Of a stretch of DNA of 64,000 bases, positions 25,641 to 39,480 are shown piece by piece (the first letter of the stretch is position 1; the number at the start of each line of letters is the position of its first letter). Both the position numbers and the translations under genes were made by a program. Source of the stretch: Hypanus sabinus (taxonomy: Eukaryota); assembly GCF_030144855.1 (NCBI RefSeq), contig NC_082712.1, positions 12,276,001 through 12,340,000 on the forward strand, written 5' to 3'. The notes under the pieces are model-generated. The model made no database searches. It was not told the DNA's origin and saw nothing but the letters and a program-made list of their open reading frames with translations.

Positions 25641-26725
25641 GGAACCACCCCCCTCTTAAATATACATAATGACTCGGCCTCCATAGCTGCCTACGGCAAC
25701 AAACTCTACAGATTCACCACTCTCTGGCTAAAGAATTTCCTCCTCATCTCTATTCTAAAAGGATGCCCCTCTATTCTGAGGCTGTGTCCTCTGGTCTTAG
25801 ACTCTCCACCATAGGAAACATCCTCTCCACATCTACTCTATCGAGGCCTTTCACCATTCGATAGGATTCAATGAGGTCACTCCTCATTCTAATGAATTCT
25901 GGTGAGTAAAGGCCCAGAGACATTAAACACTCTGAATGTGACAAGTCAATCGTTTTCATGAACCTCCTTTGAACCCTCTCCAGTTTCAGCACATCCTTTC
26001 TAAGATAAGGGGCCCAAAACTGCTTCCGATATTCAGAGGAACAAACAGAAGATTCTGTGGATGTGAACAGGACACCCAGATGCTATGTTGCCTCCCAGGT
26101 GCCAGAGTCAGGGGCATCACGGATTGCGTCCACAGCTTTATGCAGAGGGAGGGAGAGCAGCCAGACATTTTGATACATATTGGTACCAGTGACATCGGAA
26201 GGAAAAGCAAAGAGAGAATTTAGACAGCTCGGTAGAAAGCTGAGAAGCGGGACCTCCAGGGTAGTAATCTCTGGATTGCTGCCTGTGCCACGCGGCAGTG
26301 ATGGTAGAAACAGGATGATTTGGTAGATCAATGTGTGGCTGAGAAGCTGGGGCAGGGGGCAGGGCTTTGGTTTTGGATTATTGGGATCCCTTCTGTGGGA
26401 GGTATGACACTGTTCAAAAGTGACGGGTTTCACCTGAACTCAAGGGAAACCAATATTCTCACGGGCAGGTTTGTTAGAGCTGTGGGGGAGAGTTTAAACT
26501 AATTTGGCAGGGGGACAGGATCTTGAGTTCAGGGACTCAGGATAGGATGGATGGTAAAAAAGCAAAGATTGGCCGTCACATGGGGCTCAGCTTCTAAACC
26601 CAGAGGAACTCAAGGGAAACCAATATTCTCTTGGGTAGGTTTGTTAGAGCTGTTGGGGAGAGTTTAAACTAATTTGGCAGGGGGATAGGAACTAGAGTTC
26701 AGGGACTCGGGATAGGATGGATGGT

Positions 26726-26921
26726 TGATGCAACATCAATAACTCTCGGAGACGGGAGGCAAAAGATAGGCTTTTATTAGCTGAAAATGTGACCACGACA
26801 TCTTGGAGACTGAGGGAGGAGCAGTGCCTCCAATCACCTTTATACAGGGGTCTGTGGGAGGAGCCACAGGAGCAGTCAGCAGAGGGGTGTGTCCAGACAG
26901 GTATACTCATAGTTTACCACA
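26726..26921 (-). mobile_element. 196-bp mini solo LTR with perfect 5-bp TSD (ATGGT)
   Basis: On the minus strand it runs TGTGG...GCATCA, with TATAAA followed by AATAAA. ATGGT at 26721-26725 and 26922-26926. Confidence 0.8.
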
Positions 26922-27035
26922 ATGGTAAAAAAGCAAAGATTGCTTGCAGTCAGACTGTCAGGAAGGGCAGGCAGCCATCAGGGTGAGTGTCAGTGCATTA
27001 GGGGTGCAGAATCAAAAAGGGTAGCAAATACAGTA

Positions 27036-27438
27036 GGCAGCCGTCAATCTCAGGGGATCATGGGTTTGTGCCTCTGGTGGACTGTGTCTTCTCCAGGGTG
27101 TAAGCCTGGGTGGGAAGATTTGAAGTTTCCCATTGAAGTTGAAGTGGGATGTTTCCCATGCAGCAGGTTCCCCATCTCCATGTCACTGATGGAGTCCAAG
27201 GGAAGGGCAAACACCGATACAGCCTGGCACCAGTGTCATCGCTGGGGTTGCCAGAGTGAAGTTGTAAACAACATCAAACTGCTTTAAGGACCCCGGCTAC
27301 GGATTTCTTCCTCAGGGTTTACTCCCGAAGCCTTTCCTGTGAGTGGGTACGGCCACAAGTAATGAAGGCCTAAAATCAGAGTTCTCCTTTTCCTCGGCAG
27401 GCTGCTGTCCAAGGCTGATGAGCCCCACCTGTCTGAAA
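27036..27438 (-). mobile_element. ~400-bp retroposed insertion (RTE-like/SINE) with 13-bp TSD
   Basis: agcaaatacagta at 27023-27035 and 27439-27451. Confidence 0.75.
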
Positions 27439-28218
27439 AGCAAATACAGTACTCAAAGTGTTATATCACAATGTACTGAGAATAAGAAATAAGGTGGATG
27501 ATCTTGTAGCACAATTACAGATTGTCAGGTATGATGTTGTGTCCATCACTGAATCATGGCTGAATGATGATTGTAGTTGGGAGCTGAATGTCCAAGGTTA
27601 CACGTTGTATCAGAGGGATATGAAGGTAGGCAGAGGGGGTGGTGTGAAACGACTGGTAAAGAATGGCATCAAATCAGTAGAAAGATTAGGGAACTGGAGC
27701 TGGAGCTGAATGAACTTCAGATCATTTGGGAGGCAGAGGCAGAAATAAACAGGAGTTACAGGGAGATCGTCACTCCTCCGAGTCAGGAGACAGGTAGCTG
27801 GGTGACTGTCAGGAGAGGGAAGGTTAGACAGAATGAGCAGAGCACCCCTGTGCCTGTTCTCCTCAATAATAAGTGTACCATTTTGGATACTGTTGGTAGG
27901 GACGACCTACCAGGGACAAGTTGCAGTGGTTGCGTCTCTGGCACCGAGACTGGACCCTCAGCTCAGAAGGAAGGAGAGAAAAGAGGAGAGCTGTAGTGAT
28001 AGGGGATTTGATAGTTAGGGGGACAGATAAGAGGTTCTTTGGGAGAGATTGAGAAACCTGGATGGTCTGTTGCCTCCCTGGTACCAGGGTCCGCGATATC
28101 TCAGAACGAGTTCTCAGTATTCTCAAAAGGGAGGGTGAGCATCTGGATGTCGTGGTCCATGTAGGGACCAATGATGTGGATAGGAAGAGTGAGGAAGTCC
28201 TGAAAGGTGACTTTACGG

Positions 28219-28785
28219 TGTGACGGGGTCCTGAATTGACCCTATGAACTATGCTCTTAAAAAGAGATAGAGGGAGGTGTCCAATGCAGAGACCTTTTTA
28301 TTAAGAGAGAGAGAAGTGAAGAGTGCTTGGAAGATTGATGTTATGGTTTCTCGGCAGTTTGTTTTCATTTCCACAAGGACAGTGGCTGCTTGTACGTTCT
28401 GACAGAGAGAGAAGGGCAGAGCAGTTTGATGGACAGCTGGTGTTCAGCATGCTGAAATAAATACCAGGTCAGCTGCTGGACTCGGACACACACGGTTTTG
28501 GACACTGGATGAGCTTGTTGTGCCCACAGGAAGATGGGTTTTTGGAGGATCGATTCGGGGAAATCGATCAGTGGCTCTCGCAGTGCAGAAAAGCTGTGAT
28601 AAAATATATAATATAATATAAATATAATATAAAATATATAATCATTGTTAACCAGTTTGATATATCTGCATTTATATCTCTGTATGGTGTAGTTACTAAT
28701 AAATAGCTTTGGTTTGTAGCAGTACCAGACTCCACGGTGTTTCCTATTTCTGCTGGTTCTTTAACCCATCACGGGCTACGTGACA
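28219..28785 (+). mobile_element. Solo LTR (567 bp, TGTGACG...CGTGACA), Gypsy-like
   Basis: Splits the CR1 ORF1 codons for DF|RELGTKLK; 4-bp TSD acgg/aggg; AATAAA near 28698. Confidence 0.82.
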
Positions 28786-29696
28786 AGGGAGTTAGGCACC
28801 AAGTTAAAGGACAGGACCTCCAGGATAGCAATCTCAGGATTCCTACCAGTGCCACGTGCAGGCGGGTTTAGAAATAGTAAGATAGCGCAGATCAACACGT
28901 GGCTGAAGACATGGTGCAAGAGGGAGGGCTTCAGATTTATAGATATTGGGAAGTCTTCCAGAGAAGGTGGAACCTGTTCCAGCAGGATGGTTTACATCTG
29001 AACTGGAGGGTAACAAATATTCTTGCAGGTAGGTTCGTTAGAGAGGCTCCAGTGGATTTAAACTAAATATGAGGTGGGAGGGGAACCAGAGTGTAGGAAC
29101 AGATGTTTGGGAGAAGGAAGAAAAAGAAGACAGTAAACTTCTTTGTACTGTAAGAGATAAACAGAGAGGAGGAGGTGGAGAATTTCTTAAATGCATTTAT
29201 TTTAATACTAGGAGCATTGTAAGAAAGATGGATGAGCTTAGAGCATGGATTGATACCTAGAAATATGATGTTGTAGCTGTTAGTGAAATATGGTTGCAGT
29301 AGGAGGAGTGTGATTGGCAACTAAATATTCCAGGATTTCATTGCTTCAGGTGTGATAGAATCGGAGGGACAAGAGGGGGAGGTGTCGCATTGCTTGTCAG
29401 AGAGATTATTATACGGGGCGCTCTGGCAAGATAAATTAGAGGGCTCGTCTAGAGAGGCTATTTGGGTGGAATTGAGTAATGGGAAAGGTGCAGTAACACT
29501 CATAGGGGTGTATTATAAACCTAATGGGGAGCAAGAATTGGAGGAGCAAATTTGTAAGGAGATAGCAGATACTTGTAATAAGCACAAGGTTGTGATTGTG
29601 GGAGCTTTTAATTTTCCACACATAGATTGGGAAGCCCATTCTATAAAAGGACTGGATGGTTTGGAGTTTGTAAAATGTGTGCAGGAAAGTTTTTTT

Positions 29697-30328
29697 AAAA
29701 ATTTTTTTAATTAGTTTTTCAAAACATTTTACAAATTAAAAACCCCAAATCCCAATGAGGAACATTAAAACAGCGCAAAATTAAGCATACAATAACAATA
29801 TGCTACAAAGGAAGAGAATTTAGCAAAAAAAAAGCACCTGAATTAAAGACAAGTAAGCTTTGTGTCCTCCCCAAGCCCCACAACACAAGAAAAAACAACA
29901 ACTCCAGACCAACCACAACACAATATAGAGAGTATAAGTCAGGACAGCCAGACTCCCAGACTGTGAATACACTCAGCAACAGAGGGTAATAATGCCTTCT
30001 ACCAGAAAAAAAAGGAGCTGAAAGCAAGGGACCGAAAAGAAAAAAAAAACCCTAGTCAAGAGGAAGGTTATGAAAGTACTCGATAAAAGGTCCCCAGACC
30101 TTATGGAACTTTAGATCTGAATTGAGAACTGAATAATGAATTTTTTCGAGGTCCAAACAGGCCATGATGTCGTTAAGCCATTGAGCATGAGTGGGCGGGG
30201 CAACATCTCTCCATCTGAGGAGGATCAAGCGTCTAGCCAGGAGAGAGGCAAAGGATAATATTCGGCATTTGGTCGGACCCAGACATAAATCTGTCTCGCC
30301 CCAAAAACCGAACAGAGCAATTAAGAGG
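29697..30328 (-). mobile_element. L1 3' fragment inserted in CR1
   Basis: LARRLILLRW...PPTHAQWL...LEKI...KFHKVWGPFIEYF. CR1 CVQES|FLQQYIE is split at a T-run. Confidence 0.85.
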
Positions 30329-33300
30329 ATAGCTTTTTTGCAGCAATACATAGAGGTACCAACTAGAGAAGGGTCAGTGTTGGATCCCCTGTTAGGGAAT
30401 GAGATAGGTCAGGTGACGGAGGTATGTGTTGGGGAGCACTTGGGGTTCAGTGATCACAATGCCATTAGTTTCAATATAATTATAGAGAAGGATAGGACTG
30501 GACCCAGGGTTGAGATTTTTTATTGGAGAAAGGGTAACTTTGAGGAGATGCAAAAGGATTTAGAAGGAGTGGATTGGAACAATTTGTTTTATGGGAAGGA
30601 TGTAATAGAGAAATGGAGGTCATTTAAAGGTGAAATTCTGAGGGTACAGAATCTTTATGTTCCTGTTAGGTTGAAAGGAAAGGTTACAAGTTTGAGAGAT
30701 CCATGGTTTTCAAGGGATATTGAAAACTTTGGAAAAAGAGAGATATCTACAATAAATATAGGCAGCATGGAGTAAATGAGGTCCTCGAGGAATATAAAGA
30801 ATATAAAAAGAATCTGAAGAAACAAATTAGAAAAAAAAGAAAATACGAGGTTGCTTTGACAATAAGGTGAAAATAAATCCAAAGGGTCTATACACTTATA
30901 TTAATAGCAAAAGGATAGTGAGGGATAAAATTGGTCCCTTAGAGAATCAGAATGGACAGCTAGTGTGAGATTTTGAATAATTTCTTTTCTTCGGTATTCA
31001 CTAAGGAGAAGGATATTGAATTGTGTAAGGTCAGGGAAACAAGTAGGGGAGTTATGGAAACTATGATGATTAACGAGGAGGAAGTACTGGTGCTTTTAAG
31101 GAATATAAAAGTGGATAAATCTCCAGATCCTGACAGGATGTTTCCCTAGGACCTTCAGGGAGGTTCTTGTAGAAATAGCAGGGGTTCTGACAGAAATATT
31201 TCAAATGTCTTTAGAAATGGGATTGGTGTATTGCTCATGTTGTTCCATTGTTTAAAAATGATTCTAAGAGTAAACCTAGCAATTATAGGCCTATAAGTTT
31301 GATGTCAGTGGAGGGTAAATTAATGAAAAGTATTCTTAGAGATGGTATATATAATTTTCTGGATAGACAGGGTCTGATTAGGAACAGTCAACATGGATTT
31401 GTGCGTGGAAGGTCATGTTTGACAAATCTTATTGAATTTTTTGAAGAGGTTACTAAGAAAGTTGACGAGGGTAAAGCAGTGGATGTTGTCTACATGGACT
31501 TCAGTAAGGCCTTTGACAAGATTCAACACGGAAAGTTAGTTAGGAAGGTTCAATCAGTAGTTATTAATATTGAAGTAGTAAAATGGATTCAACAGTGGCT
31601 GGATGGGAGAAGCCAGAGAGTAGTGGTGGATAACTGTTTGTCAGGTTGGAGGTTGGTGACTAGCGGTGTGCCTCAGGGATCTGTACTGGGTCCAATGTTG
31701 TTTGTCATCTACATTAATGATCTGGATGATGGGGTGGTAAATTGGATTAGTAAGTATGCAGATGATACTAAGATAGGTGGTGCTGTGGATAATGAAGTAG
31801 GTTTTCAAAGCTTGCAGATAGATTTAGGCTAATTATAAGAGAGGGCTGAAAGATGGCAGATAGAGTTTAATGCTGATAAGTGTGAGGTGCTACATTTTTG
31901 AAGGACTGATCAAAATAGGACATACATGGTAAATGGTAGGGCATTGAAGAATGCAGTAGAACAGAGTGATCTAGGAATAACAGTGCATAGTTCCCTGAAG
32001 GTGGAATCTCATGTGGATAGGGTGGTGAAGAAAGCTTTTGATATGCTGGCCTTTATAAATCAGAGCATTGAGCATAGGTGTTGGGATGTAATGTTAACAT
32101 TGTACAAGGCATTGGTAAGGCCGAATTTGGAGTAGTGTGTACAGTTCTGGTTACTGAATTATAGGAAAGATGTCAACAAAATAGAGAAAGTACAGAGAAG
32201 ATTTACCAGAACGGTACCTAGGTTTCAGCACCTAAGATATGGAGAAAGGTTGAACAAGTTAGGTCTTTATTCTTTGGAGCGTAGAAGGTTGAGGGGAGTC
32301 TTGACAGAGGTATTTAAAATTATGAGAGGGATAGATAGATTTGACGTGGATAGGCTTTTTCCATTGAGAGTAAGGGAGACTCAAACAAGAGGACATGAGT
32401 TGAGAGTTAGTGGGCAAACGTTTAGGGGTAACACGAGGAGGAAATTCTTTACTCAGAGAGTGGTAGCTGTGTGGAACGAGCTTCCAGTAGAAGTGGTAGA
32501 GGCTGTTCGATATTGTTATTTAAAGTACAATTGGACAGGTATATGGACAGGAAAGGAATGGAGGGTGATGGGCTGAGTGCAGGTCGGTGGGACTAGGTGA
32601 GAGTAACGTTCAGCAAGGACTAGACAGGCTGCGATGGCCTGTTTCCATGCTGTAATTGTTATATGGTTATATGGTTGTAAGATGTGACATTGGTTCAGAA
32701 GATATTGAATCCTTGTGGGTTGAGTTAAGAAACTGCAAAGGTAAAAGGACCCTGATGGCAGTTAAATACAGGCCTCCAAACAGTAGTTGGAATTTGGAAT
32801 ACAGATTACAAAGGGAGAAAGAAAAAGCATGTCAAAAGAGAAATTTATGATAGTCATGGGAGATTTTAACATGCAGGTCAATCGGGAAAATCAGTTTGGT
32901 AGTGGATCTCAAAAGTGAGTTTGTTGAATACCTGAGTGATGGCTTTTTAGAGCAGTTTGTCATTGAGCCGACTGGAGAATCAGCTCTACTGGATTGGGTG
33001 TTCTGTAATGAACTGGAGGTGATTAGGGAGCTTAAGGTAAAAGACCCCTGAGGAAACAGTGATCACAATGTGATTGAGAGTTCATCTTGAAATCTGTGAG
33101 GGAGAAAGTAAAGCCTGATGTAGCAGTATTTCAGTGGTGTAAAGGAAATTATTGTGGTATGAGAGTGAAGTTAGCCAAAGTAAATTGGAAGGAGATGCTG
33201 GCAGGGATGACAGCAGAGCAGCAATGGCTTGAGTTTCTGGGAAAAATGAGGAAGGTGCAGGGTAGATGCATTCCAAAAACAAAGCAAATCTCAAATGGCA

Positions 33301-33360
33301 AAATATACAACTGTGATTGACAAGGGAAGTGAAAGCTAATGTAAAAGCAAAAGGCAGGGC

Positions 33361-33945
33361 AAGAGGCTGAGTACAGAGGAGTGGTGGACAACTTTGTTGA
33401 GTGGTGTGGGCTGGATCACCTGCAGCTCAACATCACCAAGACAAAGGAGTTGGTGGTGGAGTTCAGGAAGGTGAAAGCACCCTGCATTCCCATCTCCGTC
33501 AGGGGAACAGGTGTGGAGGTCCTCCAAGACTACAGATTCCTGGGAACTCACCTGGACAATAAACTGGACTGGACTAAAACTACAGTAGCTCAGTACAAGA
33601 AGGGACATAGCTGACTATACTTCCCGAGGAGGCTCCAGTCATTCAACGTCTACAGTACTCTGCTGCAGATCTTCTACAACTCAGTGGTGGCCAGCATTCT
33701 ACTCTGCATTGTGGTCGCTGGGGCAGCAGGGTGAGAGCAGCTGATGCTTAGAAGATTGATAAGCTTGCCAGGAAGGCTGGTTCTGTTCTGGGGGTGGAAC
33801 TGGATCCCCTGGTGGCTGTCTGAGACGATCATTATGCAGAAACCATGGCACATTATGGACAATCCCTCTCACCCCTCCATGACATACTGGACAAAGAGAG
33901 GAGCACCTTTAGTAACAGACTGATTCCACCGAGGTGCACCACATC
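33361..33945 (+). mobile_element. Rex1/Babar-like RT fragment within CR1
   Basis: LNITKTKELVVEFRK...YRFLGTHLDNKLDW. Confidence 0.75.
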
Positions 33946-35711
33946 ACTGAACACTGAAGAGTAGATATAGGACCACTAGAAAATGAGGCCAGAGAAATAA
34001 TAAGGAGATGGCAGGTGAACTAAATGAGTATTTTGGAAGACACTAGCATTGAGCCAGGGGTTGAACAGTGTGAGGGAAGAGAAGTGAGTGCAATTACTAT
34101 TATCAGGGAGAAGATGCTCAAAAAGCTGAGAGACCTAAAGATACATAAGTCACGTGGACCAGATGAACTGCACTCAAGGGTTCTGAAAGGTAATGGTAAA
34201 GATTGCAGAGGCATTTGTAATGATATTTCTGGCATGGTTCCGGAAGACTGTAAAATTGCAAATGTCACTCCACTCTTTAAGAAAGGAGGGAGTCAGCAGA
34301 AAGGAAACAACAGATGATTTATCATCACCTCAGTGGTTGGGAAGATGTTGGAGTCAATTGTTATGGATGAGTTTATGGAGTACTTGGTGACACAGGACAA
34401 GTTAGGACAAAGTCAGCATGGTTTCCTTCAGGGAAAATCGTGCCTGACAAACCTTTTGTAATTCTTTGAGAAGATTAGATGTAGGATAGATAAAGTGGAT
34501 GCAGTGGATGTTGTATATTTGGATTTTCAGAAGGCCTTTGACAAGGTGTCACACGTGAGACTGCTTACCAAGTTAAGAGCCATGGTATTACAGGGAAGCT
34601 ATTGACATGCTTAGAGCATTGTCTGATTGGTAGGAGGAAGAGAGTGGAAATTAAAGATTCTTTATTTGTTGGCTACCAGTGACTAGTGGTGTTCCACAGG
34701 GGTCGGATTTGGGACCACTTCCTTTTATGCTGTATATAAATGATTAAGATGATGGAACAGTGGTTGTGTTGCCAAATTTGCAGATGATACGAAGATTGGT
34801 GGAGGGACAGATAGTGTTGAGGAAGCAGATAGGCTGCAGAAGGACATAGACTGATTAGGAGAATTGGCAAGAAATTGGCAAATGATAAACAATGTTGGAA
34901 AATGTATGGGCATGGTAAAAGAAATAAATGTGTGGACTATTTTCTAAACAGGGAGAAAATTCAAAAATCTGAGATGCAAAGAGACTTGGGAGTCATTGTG
35001 CAGAACACCCTAAAGGTTAACCTGCAGGTAGAGACAGTGGTGAGGAAGGCAAATGCAATGTTAGCATTCATTTCAAAAGGTCTAAAATACAAGAGCAGGA
35101 TGTGATGCTGAGGCTTTATAAGGCACTGGTGAGGCCTCTCCTTGAGTATTATGAATAGTTCTGGGCTCCCTATCTAAGAAAAGATGTGCAGGCATTGGGG
35201 ACTCTTCAGAGGAGGTTCACAAGGATGATTCTTGGAATGAAGTGGTTATCATATGAGGAACATTTGATGACACTGGGCTTGTACTCGCTGGGATATAGAA
35301 GGATTAGGGGGATCTCACTGAAACCTTTCGAATGTTGAAAGCCATTGACAGAGTAGATGTGGAAGGGAAGTTTCCCATGGTGGGGGAGTCGAGGACAAGA
35401 GGGCACAGCCTCAGGATAGACTGGTGTCCATCTAAAACAGATGTGCAGAGAAATTTCTTCAGCCAGAGGATCATGAATTTGTGTTATTTATAGCCACAGA
35501 CAGCTGTGGTGACCAGGTTGTTGGATGTATTTAAGGCGGTGATTGATGGGTTCTTCATTGGCCATGACAGCAAAGATTACGGGGAGAAGGCTGGGTAGTA
35601 GTGCTGAAGAGGGAACAAAAAGGATCAACCATGATTGAATGATGGAGCAGACACAATGGGCAGAATGGCCTAATTCTGTTCTGATGTCTTATGGTCTTAT
35701 TTTCTAATTGT

Positions 35712-38450
35712 AGAAACATAGAAAACCTTCAGCACAATACAGGCCCTTCAGCCCACAAATTTGTGCCGAACATGTCCCTACCTTAGAAATTACTAGGCTT
35801 ACCTATAACCCTCTATTTTACTAAGCTCCATGTACCTATCCAAAAGTCTCTTAAAAGACCCTATCGTATCTGCCTCCACCACAGTTGCCGGCAACCCATT
35901 CCACACACACACCACTCACTCAGTAAAAAACTGAACCCTGACATCTCCCCTGTACCTACTCCCCAGCACTTTAAACCTGTGTCCTCTTGTGGCGACCATT
36001 TCAGCCCTGGGAAACAGCCTCTGACTATCCACCATGATCAGTGCCTCTCATCATCTTGTACAGGTCACCCCTCATCCTCCTTCACTCCGAGGAGAAAAGG
36101 CCGAGTTCACTCAATCTGTTCTCATAAGGCATGCTCCCCAATCCAGGCAAGAATCTTGTAAATCTCCTCTGCACCGTTTCTATGGTACCCACATCCTTCC
36201 TGCAGTGAGGTGACCAGAACTGAGCACAGTACTCCAAGTGGGGTCTGACCAGGGTCCTATATAGCTGCAACATTACCTCTCAGCTCCTAAATTCAATTCC
36301 ATGATTGATGAAGGCCAATACACCATATGCCTTCTGAACTACAGAGTAAACCTGCACAACTGCTTTGAGCATCCTATGGACTCACACCCCAAGATCCCTC
36401 TGATCCTCCACACTGCCAAGAGTCTTACCATTAATACTATATTCCGCCATCATATTTGACCTCCCAAAATGAACCACTTCACACTTATCTGGGTTGAACT
36501 CTATCTGCCACTTCTCAACCCAGTTTTGCATCCTATAAATTTTCCATTGTATCCTTTGACAGCCCTCCACACTACCCACCACACCTCCAACATTTGTATC
36601 ATCAGCAAACTTACTAACCCATCCCTCCACTTCCTCATCCAGGTCATTTATAAAAATCACGAAGAGTAAGGGTTGCAGAACAGGTCCCTGAGGCACTCCA
36701 CTGGTCACTGACCTCTATGCAGAATATGACCCGTCTACAACCACTCTTTGCCTTCCGTGGGCAAGCCAGTTCTGGATCCACAAAGCAATGTCCTCTTGGA
36801 TCCCATGCCTCCTTACTTTCTCAATAAGACTTGCATGGAGTATCTTATCAAATGCCTTGCTGAAATCCATATACATTACATCTACTTCACTTCCTTCATC
36901 GATGTGTTTAGTCTCATCCTGACAAAATTCAATCAGGCTTGTAACGCATGACCTTCCTTTGATAAAGCCTTTCTGACTATTCCTAATCATATTATGCCTT
37001 TCCAAATGTTCATAAATACTGCCTCTCACAATCTTCTCCATCAAATTACCAACCACTGAACCAAGACTCACTGGTCTATAATTTCCTGTGCTATCTCTGT
37101 TCGCTTTCTTGAATAAAGGAGCTACATCCGCAACGCTCCATTCCTCCAGAACCTCTCTCATCCTCATTTATGATGCAAAGATCATCGCCAGAGGCTCAGC
37201 AATCACCTCCCTTGCCTCCCACAGTAGCCTGGGATACATTTTGCCTTGTCCCAGCGACTTATCCAACTTGATGCTTTCCAAAAGCTCCAACACATCCTCT
37301 TTCTTAATATCTACATGCTCAAGCTTTTCAGTCTGCTGCAAGTCATCACTACAATCACTAAGATCCTTTTCCATAGTGAACACTGAAGTATTCATTATTT
37401 CTGCTATTTCCTCTGGATCTATATGCAATTCCCCACTGTCACACTTGATAGGTCCTTTTCTTTCACGTCTCATCCTCTTGCTCTTCACATACTTGTAGAA
37501 TGCCTTGGGGTTTTCCTTAATCCTGCCCACGAAGGTCTTCTGATGGCCCCTTCTGGCTCTCCTAATTTCCTTCTTAAGCTCCTTCCTAGTAGCCTTATAA
37601 TCTTCTAGATCTCTAACATTACTTAGCCCTCTGAACCCTTTGTAAGCTTTTCTTTTCTTCTTGACTAGATTTATTACAGCCTTTGTACACCACGGGTCCT
37701 GTACCCTACCACAACTTCCTTGTCACAACGAAAGTTATCAAGAAAGACATTGCTCTATTATATGCCTTTTCTTTGGCTTTCATGTTGGCTTTGAGTTCCC
37801 TTGTTGGCCATGGTTGTGCCATCTTTCCTGGAGAATACTTCTTCCTCTTTGGATGGATATATCCTGAGTCTTCTGTGTTGCTTGCAGAAATTGCAGCCAT
37901 TGCTGTTCTGCCATCATCCCTGCCAGTGTTCTTTCCGATCAAATCCGACCATCTCCTTACTCATGCCTCTGTAATCCCCTTTGCTCCACTGGAATTCTAA
38001 TACATCTGGCTTCCACCTCTTCTTCTTAAATTTCAGGGTGAATTTGATTATATAATGATCACTTGCACCACAGGGTTCTTTTACCTTAAGCTTTCAATCA
38101 ATTCTGGTTCATTGCACAATACCTAATGCAGAATAGATGATCCTGTGATGGGCTCAGCCACAAGGTGCTGTAAAAAGCCATCTGGTAGGCACCCTGGAAA
38201 TTCCTCCTCCTGGAATCCAGCACCAACCTGATTTTCTCACTCTATTAGCGTATTAAACTCCATCATAACTATTGTATCTTTGCCCTTTTGGCGTTCATTT
38301 TCTAACTCCCAGTGTAATTTGTAGGCCACTGTTTGGGTGTCTGCATACAACTCACTTCAGGGCTTTTTGACCCTTGCAGTTCCTTAGTTCTATCCACAAT
38401 AATTCAACACCTTCCGACCCTCTGTCACCTCTTTCTAATGATTTTATTCC
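35712..38450 (-). mobile_element. CR1 elements, minus strand (tail-to-tail with the plus-strand CR1)
   Basis: [42 protein letters not shown]. Confidence 0.85.
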
Positions 38451-38894
38451 ACTTTTTACAACAGAGCAACGCTTCCCACTCTGCATTGGCCTCGTGACCG
38501 TGGGGGTTTCCTCCAGTTTCCTCCCACAGTCCAAAGACGCACATTTAGTGGGTTAATTGTTCACTGTTGAGGGCTGCTGCTTCCTGTTGGAACAAGTGAC
38601 AGGGGGAAGGGTTGATGCTTTGTGGCTGCTTCGGAGTAGAGGGGGTGGGGGGCTTTGGGGGCTAACATTTTACAAAATTTCCTTCTTCTGTTTTTTTCAT
38701 GGATGTCTGTGAAGAGTAAGAATACTGTAATCTCTTACTGTCTCTCTTCTGATTTTCAGTTCCCTTCTGATTATCTGTAATCAGCCTGGTTTTTATTGGT
38801 ATTTTTGTTATTTGCAAGTCACAAGCTAGACAACTCATTTGCTCCTTAACTTTGTCTACAGGTCCTTTCACGTCCTAACTGATCGATCTCTTCC

Positions 38895-39480
38895 TTAGAG
38901 GATCAAAGTTCAAAGTGAATTTATTGTCGAAGTACGAATATGTGGCCAGACGCTACCCTGAGATTCATTTTCTTCCAGGCATTCACAGTAGAACAAAGAA
39001 ATCAATAGAATCAATGAAAAACTACACACAAACAAAGACAGACATACAACCAATATGCAAAAAAAAGACAAACTGGGCAAAAAAAAGTGGTAAGAAATAC
39101 TGAGAACATGAGTTACAGAATGTTTGAAAGTGAGTCCGTACGTTGTCGAATCAGTTCAGAGTTGAGCTGAGTGAAGCATTCCACTCTGGTTCAGGAGCCT
39201 GATCATTGAGAAGTCATAACTGTCCCTGAACCTGGTGGTGTGGGTCCTGAGGCACCTGTACCTCCTGCCTGATGGCAGCAGTGAGAGGTGAGCATGGTCT
39301 GGATGTTGGGGGTCCTTGATGATGGAAGCTGCTTTCTTGTGGCAGCACTCCTTGAAGATGTGTTCAATGGTGGGGAGGGCATCTCCTGTGATGGACTGGG
39401 CCGTACCCACCTCTCTTTGTAGGATTTTTTGTTCTTGGGCATTGGGGTTTCCATACCAGGTCATGATGTGACCAGTCCAC
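38895..39480 (-). mobile_element. Rex1/Babar-like 3' fragment
   Basis: CHKKAASIIKDPQHPDHAHLSLLPSGRRYR...TTRFRDS. Confidence 0.75.

Larger units (their letters stand above)
27687..32678 (+). mobile_element. Second CR1 family, near full length, nested in the first
   Basis: ORF1 esterase, KCIYFNTRSI, GVPQGSVLGP, YADD; tail ttatatggttatatgg; aagat duplicated at 27682-27686 and 32679-32683. Confidence 0.85.
26030..35705 (+). mobile_element. CR1 'host' element (ORF1 esterase, EN, RT, tcttatgg tail) carrying multiple nested insertions
   Basis: LCCLPGARVRGI..HIGTSD (esterase); LYHNVLRIRNK (EN) at 27458 resumes at 32684; RT at 34000-35300; 3' end tcttatggtcttat at ~35690. Confidence 0.8.
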
